Positions 57,581 through 64,000 of a stretch of 64,000 nt of DNA are shown one piece after another (the first letter of the stretch is position 1; every line of letters begins with the position of its first letter). A model generated the notes under the pieces. That model was not told where the DNA came from. It did not search any database and saw only the letters and a list, made by a program, of their open reading frames with translations. The translations under genes were made by a program, and so were the position numbers. Source of the DNA: Cenarchaeum sp. (GTDB lineage: Archaea > Thermoproteota > Nitrososphaeria > Nitrososphaerales > Nitrosopumilaceae). Where the stretch lies: NCBI GenBank assembly GCA_965242695.1, contig CBDESU010000001.1, forward strand, positions 320,001 to 384,000. Reading direction: 5' to 3'.

Positions 57581-58608
57581 TTCCGTCCCCCCTGCGCTGC
57601 GCCTCTGCCCATCCGGGCCGAAAGGCGCCGCGCCGCCTCGTGCGGGTCGATCTCCCTTGCGCGCACCCTGCGCAGGTACGCCGCGTACGACCTGTTCGTC
57701 GACGGGTCTAGCATGCGCTCTAGCCTTTCCCTCTGCATATTTAAGACAATGTCCCTGACCTCTGCCTCTAGGCGCCTGCCCTCGGCCTCCTCCCTGTCGT
57801 CGCCTCCGAGCCCGCGCATCATCCCGAGCAGCGTCTTTGCCAGGCCCGCCGTCCCCCTGCCCCTCTTGGCCGAGACCATGACGACGGCCGGATCGCCGCC
57901 CCTGCCCTTGCCGTCCCCCGCCTCTACGCCGCCGCCGGCCCCCCTGCCGCGCGCGCTGTGGCCGCCTCCAGGCGACGATGCGACGTGGTCGAGCAGCGCA
58001 TCGTAGAGCTGCGCGGCCCCGTCGATGTCGCCCTTGTTGACCACGTACAGGTCGCCTATCTCGGTGAGGCCGGCCTTTACGGCCTGTATGCTGTCGCCCG
58101 TCTGCGGGCTGAACACGACGACGGTAATGTCGGCCACTGCCGATATGCCGACCTCGGTCTGGCCGGCGCCGACGCTCTCCACTATGATGGGGTCGAACCC
58201 CGCGTACTCTAGCACCCTGGCTATGCCGCGGACCGACCGCGACACGGCCCCGGCTGCCCCCCTCGAGGCGACGCTGCGGATGTAGGTGCCAGAGTCGGTC
58301 GACTCGGTCATGCGGACGCGGTCGCCGAGTATGGCCCCGCCGGTGACGTGGCTCGTCGGGTCGACCGCAAGCACGGCGGGGTTTGCGCCGAGCCGGCGCA
58401 TCTCCACGGATGCGCGGTCGATGAGCGTGCTCTTTCCGGCCCCCGCCGGCCCCGTAATACCGATCACGGTGGCCCTGCCGGTGCGGGCGAATATCTCGGC
58501 TACCATGCCGCGGGCCCCGCCGGGATCGTTCTCTACGATCGAGATGGCCCTTGCAATGTCGCCGCGCCTTCCCCTCTTGAGGCCGGCAAGAAGCGGCGCG
58601 CCTGCCAT
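57577..58608 (-). CDS. meaB: Mutase-associated GTPase MeaB/ArgK
   Basis: GITGPAGAGKST, AVDPTS..TGGAILGDRVRM, VESVGAGQTE, VNKGD. Start trimmed. Confidence 0.93.
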   Translation of the reverse strand: MAGAPLLAGLKRGRRGDIARAISIVENDPGGARGMVAEIFARTGRATVIGITGPAGAGKSTLIDRASVEMRRLGANPAVLAVDPTSHVTGGAILGDRVRMTESTDSGTYIRSVASRGAAGAVSRSVRGIARVLEYAGFDPIIVESVGAGQTEVGISAVADITVVVFSPQTGDSIQAVKAGLTEIGDLYVVNKGDIDGAAQLYDALLDHVASSPGGGHSARGRGAGGGVEAGDGKGRGGDPAVVMVSAKRGRGTAGLAKTLLGMMRGLGGDDREEAEGRRLEAEVRDIVLNMQRERLERMLDPSTNRSYAAYLRRVRAREIDPHEAARRLSARMGRGAAQGGRK

Positions 58609-58658
58609 GCGCCCCGCACGGGGCGCCGCAATAAAACCCATGCGGGCCGCGCGCGCAG

Positions 58659-59084
58659 CTACCTTACGCCGTAGATGATGCGCGCGGCCGGCTCGCCGTC
58701 CGGCCTGAACTCGGTCTTGGCGTCGACCGTCCCGTACTCTGCATGGTCGATGACGAGGACGATCGGGTGGACCGGCCAGCCGTACTTTGGCGTCGATCGG
58801 AACGGGACCTCCTCCGTAAACGAGCTCGACTCGTACGTGCGGTGGAACGTCTCGTCCATGCCGAGCACCTCTAGCGCGACCGAGCGCGTCCCGCCGGACA
58901 CGTCCTCGTACGAGACGACGGCGACTCCCCTGTCCTCGTAGTACACGCCGCCGACGAGGATCGTGCGCGACAGCTCGGCCTCGGTCTCGCTGTCGACGGC
59001 GGGTATGGAAAACACCCACGCGGCCGCCGCGGCCAGGGCCACGGCCGCTGCCGCCGCGGCCACCCTCGACGGCCTCGGCCTCAT
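58659..59084 (-). CDS. Small membrane-anchored hypothetical protein
   Basis: ATG overlaps the aminopeptidase TGA. N-terminal hydrophobic helix and a beta-rich domain. Confidence 0.75.
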   Translation of the reverse strand: MRPRPSRVAAAAAAVALAAAAAWVFSIPAVDSETEAELSRTILVGGVYYEDRGVAVVSYEDVSGGTRSVALEVLGMDETFHRTYESSSFTEEVPFRSTPKYGWPVHPIVLVIDHAEYGTVDAKTEFRPDGEPAARIIYGVR

Positions 59085-61822
59085 CTCGCATGCAGCCCCG
59101 CGGCCCAGCCCATCTCGGAGCGGGCCCTCTCGAGGAACGCCGATGCGATCCTCATCCTCTCGAGGGTCTGCTCGACGGCCCGCTCCGTGCCGGGCACGCC
59201 GTTCCTGGCAAGGAATGCCTCGACCTCGCCATAGTGGTCGCGGCGGCCCCTGGATCCCCCCGGCGCCGCCCCTGGCTGCGAGAGGCACGAGACGATCCTG
59301 GAGAGCAGGGGGTTTCCGCGGCCGACCTTTTCGGCCACGGCCCCCCAGTTGGACCTCACCCACGGCCAGACGACGCCGGCGCCGCGCGGGCTGGCCGCCG
59401 CCCTGACTACGACGACATGGACGTTCTGCGAGCGCACCTTGCCGCCTAGCGCAAAGTCCAGGCCGCGCCGCAGCAGTGCGGCGTCCCCGAGCGATGCGAG
59501 CCCGCCGCCGAGTATCCTGACCGACTCTTCCTGCGACTGCGATGCGCCGTACAGCGAGACGAGCCTGGAAAACGTCTGCCGCGTCGGGCTGCCCTGGGCC
59601 ACTGCCGAGTATACGGCATCCCTGAGGTCGGCGGCGAGCGGCTCGGACCCGTCGTAGTGGGCGTCAAACCTGGACTCGGCCTCTGCGATCGTCGAGACGT
59701 CGCCGAGCGCACCGAGGGCCGATATGGCGCCGCCGCGCAGCAGCGCATCCGTGTGCCTCTCGCCCCTGCGCGCGTCCCACCCGAGCCTGTCGAGCAGCCT
59801 GGAAAAGTGGCGCCGCGCGTACCCTGCGATTATCCCCGAGTAGGGCTCGCCGTACGTCCTTGCCCACAGCGACCGCAGCGATGCCGAAATGTCGGCGCAC
59901 ACCATGTAGTCCTCGTCGCCAGAGTAGGCGTCGACCATGTCCAGGTACTCGCCGAGCGCGGCCCTGCCTGCCATGCACATCGCGTACAGGTCGTTGTGCA
60001 CGCCCCACCTGTCGATCGCCTGGATCGACCCCTGCGTTATGGCATGCCGCACGTCGATCATCATGCCCTGGTCGTACCTGACGCGGTAAAAGCCGCGCCT
60101 GCCCAGGTTGACGACGGCGACCGTGTGCCGCGCGGCCGCGCGCCCGCGGCCCTTGGCGCCACCCTTCCTGCCGCCGGATGCGGCGGCCCTCTTCGCCGCC
60201 GGCGCCTCTATCGATCCCGTCCGCCTAGAGAACAGCTCCGGCCTGGCGCCTCTGGCCCCTGCCGCCTCCCCGCGGACGGCCGCCCTGCCTGTTCCGGCCG
60301 CGGCGGACGATGCCAGGCCGACCGAGACGGGTATGGGCCAGGCCGCCGGCTCCGACCCTGCGCCGCGCCGGCCGCTCCTGACGCGGCGCGGCTCGTACGT
60401 AAACCTCTCCTGCCTGAGGCGCAGCCTGCGGCCCCTGCCCCTGCCGCCTCCCATCGATGCCTCGACCACGGGAAACCCCTCGCGCCCGATCCACGCCTGC
60501 ACGAGCCGCCTGACGGGGAGGCCGGACGCCTCGCCTATCGCATCCCACAGGTCGGCGCCGGACGCGTTGCCGTACGCGTGGTCCTTGAGGTATTTTCTCA
60601 GCCCCCTGCGGAACGCGGCCTCGCCGACATAGTCCTCTAGCATGAGCAGTATGCTGCCGCCCTTGTCGTACGATATGGCGTCGAATATCTCCCTGATCTC
60701 GGACGGGCTGGCCACGTCGACGTCTATGGGGTGCGTGGAGTGGAGGGCATCGAGGGACATTGCGGTGGCGACGGCGTCGCCGGCGAACTGCTCCCACATG
60801 TCCCACTCGGGGTGGATCATGTCTACGAACTTTGTGGCCATGAACGTCGCAAAGCTCTCGTTGAGCCACAGGTCGTTCCACCATTCCATGGTCACCAGGT
60901 TGCCGAACCACTGGTGGGCGATCTCGTGCGAGACGACCTCGGCGATGAACTGCTTTGTGCGCGTAGACGACGTCTTTTGGTCGTACAGCAGGACTGCCTC
61001 CCTGAACGTAATGGCACCCCAGTTCTCCATGGCCCCCGCGGCAAAGTCGGGAACGGCGATGAGGTCTAGCTTTGGCAGCGGGTACGGCGACCCAAAGTAC
61101 CTGCCGTACAGGCCGAGCAGCTTTTTTGCCAGGCCCAGGGCGTAGCGGCCCTCTCGGGAGCGGCCCCTTGTGGTGACGACCCTGACGGCGACCCCGTCGC
61201 CGGTCCTGCCGCCGATCGACTCGAAGTCGCCGACGCCCAGGTACACGAGGTACGTCGACATTACCGGCGTCGTCTCGAACGTGTAGCGCGTGCGAGCGGC
61301 GCTTCCCTTGCCGCCCCGTACGGACTTTTTCGAGGCAACCGGCATGTTCGAGATTGCGGTGTCGCCTCCATGTGCAATGATCGATATGTCGAACGTAGCC
61401 TTGGCGGCCGGCTCGTCAAAGCACGGGAATGCCCGCCTCGCGTCGGCAGCCTCGAACTGCGTCGTGGCAAGGCGCCTTGCCTTGCCCTTGTACTCGTACT
61501 CGCTCAGGTAGAAGCCGAGGAGTCGTTTGTTGAGCGTACCCGCGTACTCTACCTCGACGGTCAGCCTGCCGCGCACCCTGCGGCCGAGCGACAGGACGAG
61601 CGCCTCGCGGCCCTCGTCGAGCTTGGCCCTCGCGGGCACGTCCTCGCCCTTGGCGTCCTCGGCGCGGACCGACGAGACCTGTAGCTCGGCGGCATCCAGG
61701 ACGACCTCGGAGACGGGCTTGAAGCACTCAATCTCAATGGAGGCACTCCCGGCAAACCTGGCCTTGGCGAGGTCGGGCTCAAGCTCGAGTCTGTACGACA
61801 CCGGTCTGACGCCCTCTTGCAC
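59081..61822 (-). CDS. pepN: M1 family aminopeptidase (PepN / tricorn interacting factor-like)
   Basis: TQFEAADARRAFPCFDEP, GAMENWG, HEIAHQWFGNLVT, WLNESFA, YDKG. Confidence 0.95.
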   Translation of the reverse strand: MQEGVRPVSYRLELEPDLAKARFAGSASIEIECFKPVSEVVLDAAELQVSSVRAEDAKGEDVPARAKLDEGREALVLSLGRRVRGRLTVEVEYAGTLNKRLLGFYLSEYEYKGKARRLATTQFEAADARRAFPCFDEPAAKATFDISIIAHGGDTAISNMPVASKKSVRGGKGSAARTRYTFETTPVMSTYLVYLGVGDFESIGGRTGDGVAVRVVTTRGRSREGRYALGLAKKLLGLYGRYFGSPYPLPKLDLIAVPDFAAGAMENWGAITFREAVLLYDQKTSSTRTKQFIAEVVSHEIAHQWFGNLVTMEWWNDLWLNESFATFMATKFVDMIHPEWDMWEQFAGDAVATAMSLDALHSTHPIDVDVASPSEIREIFDAISYDKGGSILLMLEDYVGEAAFRRGLRKYLKDHAYGNASGADLWDAIGEASGLPVRRLVQAWIGREGFPVVEASMGGGRGRGRRLRLRQERFTYEPRRVRSGRRGAGSEPAAWPIPVSVGLASSAAAGTGRAAVRGEAAGARGARPELFSRRTGSIEAPAAKRAAASGGRKGGAKGRGRAAARHTVAVVNLGRRGFYRVRYDQGMMIDVRHAITQGSIQAIDRWGVHNDLYAMCMAGRAALGEYLDMVDAYSGDEDYMVCADISASLRSLWARTYGEPYSGIIAGYARRHFSRLLDRLGWDARRGERHTDALLRGGAISALGALGDVSTIAEAESRFDAHYDGSEPLAADLRDAVYSAVAQGSPTRQTFSRLVSLYGASQSQEESVRILGGGLASLGDAALLRRGLDFALGGKVRSQNVHVVVVRAAASPRGAGVVWPWVRSNWGAVAEKVGRGNPLLSRIVSCLSQPGAAPGGSRGRRDHYGEVEAFLARNGVPGTERAVEQTLERMRIASAFLERARSEMGWAAGLHAR

Positions 61823-62226
61823 GCCGCCGCCGACGGCGCGCCCCCTATTTAGATTGGGACATATTGCGCAAGGCGGACCGTGGGTGGGCGGTCATATGTG
61901 TGGGCAGGCGGCCTGTGTGCGGGTTCATGCCAGACGGACCTTCGAGTCGCGCTACGGCGCAAGCAGTAACAATGGAACGGCTAGCGCCGGCATGGCTCCT
62001 AGCAGACGGCATAGCAACGCCCTTGACTGCGACCGCCCCATTCTATTCATACCGTGCGTGGACACCGCGGCCGCGGCGCTGGCGCACATGCCGGTGGAAG
62101 CTACTGCGCTGGGCCCTTGAGCCTGCGGCCGGATGGCGCCCGAGCGCCTGCCCCCGCCCAATTCAGGTCCGGCACGTAGCGGGACGGGACGGAGTGATTA
62201 AATAGCAGTCGCCGCGGGCGCGCGGC

Positions 62227-63138
62227 ATGCACGAACGACGCACGGCGGCATGTGCCACGATCGTGACATTGGTGGCGATCGCGGTGCCGGCTGGCGCCAC
62301 GCATGCTCAAGCGGGAGGTGAGATCATACCGGCATGGATCGATCAAATTTTCATCTATTATGCAAGCGACCAGATAAGTGCAAGTGAACTCATTATGGCT
62401 CTTGAATACACAGACAACAACATCCTGCAGATCGACCACTATAGCACACAAGCTACAAACTACGGCATCGACACAGTCGACGACGCTAACGATGCAGTCG
62501 ACAACGCCATTGAAGCCAGCGACATTGTCACTGACCCGCAATTCATAATATCAACACTTGATGCCGACCTAGATGCCAACAGTGCCATCACGAACGCCAT
62601 CAACGTTGCCATTGACATTGCACATGACGATGCGGCAAGCGTTGATGTACAGGCCGCGGCACTGGCTGCTTTTACCGACACTGCTTGGAATCTGAGATAT
62701 ACCAATGATCATGCGGCTAACAACAATGTTACCTCTACCAAGGCCGCTGAAAAAAAAGCCAACCGACATGCAGAGAATGCCTACAATGACCACATGAATG
62801 ACAGTGATGGGCTAGCATCATCACTCCTCAAATCACTTGCATCAGACGTAGCATGGAGCCACTCTTCTGCTGCCTACATGAATGCACTAGCCGTCGTCGA
62901 GTCATCCAAAGCAGATGCATACATATCAATAAAGCATGCCGCCATTAAACATGCTGACGCTCTCAATGCAGTATCTGCCGATGCGTGGGCTATTGACGCC
63001 TTTAATCTTGCAGCTGCAATCGCATCCGACGCCGCCGATGAGTACACAAACAAAGCTGATGCATACAAGAACGCTGCTGATGCATGGGATGCGGCCGCCG
63101 CAGCCAACGTGGCCGCCGCCATCGCAAGAGCTATCTAG
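62227..63138 (+). CDS. Secreted Ala/Asp/Asn-rich helical protein
   Basis: Signal peptide ..ATHA. IPAWIDQIF..ISASELIMALEY resembles a common thaumarchaeal surface motif. TTAAATA at about 62198. Lower GC. Confidence 0.75.
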   Translation: MHERRTAACATIVTLVAIAVPAGATHAQAGGEIIPAWIDQIFIYYASDQISASELIMALEYTDNNILQIDHYSTQATNYGIDTVDDANDAVDNAIEASDIVTDPQFIISTLDADLDANSAITNAINVAIDIAHDDAASVDVQAAALAAFTDTAWNLRYTNDHAANNNVTSTKAAEKKANRHAENAYNDHMNDSDGLASSLLKSLASDVAWSHSSAAYMNALAVVESSKADAYISIKHAAIKHADALNAVSADAWAIDAFNLAAAIASDAADEYTNKADAYKNAADAWDAAAAANVAAAIARAI

Positions 63139-63254
63139 CCGCAATGTGCACGGTCGGGCGCAAAATTGTAAACCCTGTGAGCCCCGCCAATGCGTTGAAC
63201 CTCAAGATGGACGGTGCGTGGGCGGCGCGGCCGGCAGGCGTCGGTGCATGCGAG

Positions 63255-63653
63255 GGTGGCCGCCGCGTTGGGTCTTCGGGCTAGATTGGCCGTTCGTCGT
63301 ATACATGCATGACAATCGAGCATGCAGACTGCGCCGATGGGCGACCACCACGAACGTGCGGCCCGCCTCTCTCCCACCTGTCTAGGCTTGGCATGGAGCC
63401 GCGTGCGGACAGGCAGCGCGAGTCGCACGCGCAGGCGACCGCCGCGTTGGCACCTCAAACCGGGACAGTTCGAACGGGTGGCCGCCGCCCGAGCCCTTGC
63501 TGAAAGAGCATGCATGTGAGGTACGGCGACCGCCGCGTTGGGGCCTCAAGCCTGCGGGCGGACAGCCGCCGCCACCACTGCTTTGGATTCTTGAGTCGGC
63601 GGTGCCTTAGCGTCCATCCCGAAGGGGTATGCGGACGGCGACCGCCGCGTTGG
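63255..63653. repeat. Interspaced 17-bp repeats GGCGACCGCCGCGTTGG
   Basis: Exact at 63434, 63525 and 63637; variant at 63255; partial at 63340 and 63477. Confidence 0.75.
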
Positions 63654-63860
63654 GTTCTCGTTCCGAGAGGTGCAGGAAGGGCGGCATGTCCGGCGGCGCT
63701 CCAACTTCAGCCTCCTATCGGAGCCGCCATCGATGCGATCGCAGGAACAACCCGTTCGCACCTTGTTTACTCCTACCAGCGATCGCCTGGCGGTCCACCT
63801 GTCTTCCCATGCGCCCCCGCCGCCAGGCCGTATGACAGGCGCCAGAGTCCCTCCACCGCG

Positions 63861-63951
63861 CTAGTCCCTGCGGCTAGGACGATCCCAGCCCGCTGCATGA
63901 AGTGGAAGGGGGCGAGGCATCCTTACTGCACTAGTCCCTGCGGCTAGGACG
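63861..63951. repeat. 21-bp direct repeat CTAGTCCCTGCGGCTAGGACG, two copies, period 70 bp
   Basis: Identical at 63861-63881 and 63931-63951. Confidence 0.85.
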
Positions 63952-64000
63952 GGCCTCAACCCACCCAGCCGGGCCCTCTCGCTCGACCCCGAGACAGAGT

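Noticed and set aside
55481-58608. Missing B12-binding mutase subunit
   Set aside because: Split mutases with the small subunit encoded elsewhere are normal in these archaea.
1-64000. tRNA, rRNA, integrase or cas genes
   Set aside because: None recognised by eye. tRNAscan-SE and profile searches would be needed to exclude them.

Overview
GC-rich archaeal DNA, most likely from a Nitrososphaeria (thaumarchaeal) genome. The indicators are methylmalonyl-CoA mutase/epimerase/MeaB of the 3HP/4HB cycle, PPDK, CFI-box-CTERM surface proteins, a TFB-like gene and TATA boxes about 25 bp before leaderless starts. The giant adhesins resemble those of sponge symbionts. The first ~44 kb is mostly accessory DNA: surface proteins, an AAA ATPase behind a 33-bp tandem array, and a translationally coupled operon (Zn fingers, TFB-like, ParB-like, prepilin-peptidase-like, VirD4/TraD-like ATPase fused to a nuclease-like domain). 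It continues with a restriction-modification/defence island (two C5 methylases, Vsr, GHKL ATPases, AlwI-like endonuclease, DUF2075, ABC ATPase + PIN), IS66 and IS630 elements and a MITE. The right part holds more surface proteins, housekeeping genes and a non-coding repeat region at the edge. Best leads: (1) a shuffled module with a GAIN/ZU5-like H-L-T autoproteolysis motif, present in four copies in unrelated surface proteins; (2) the TFB/ParB/prepilin-peptidase/ATPase-nuclease transfer-like operon; (3) a G11 tract that switches the giant adhesin out of frame with its start codon. All family calls come from motif recognition by eye, not database searches.
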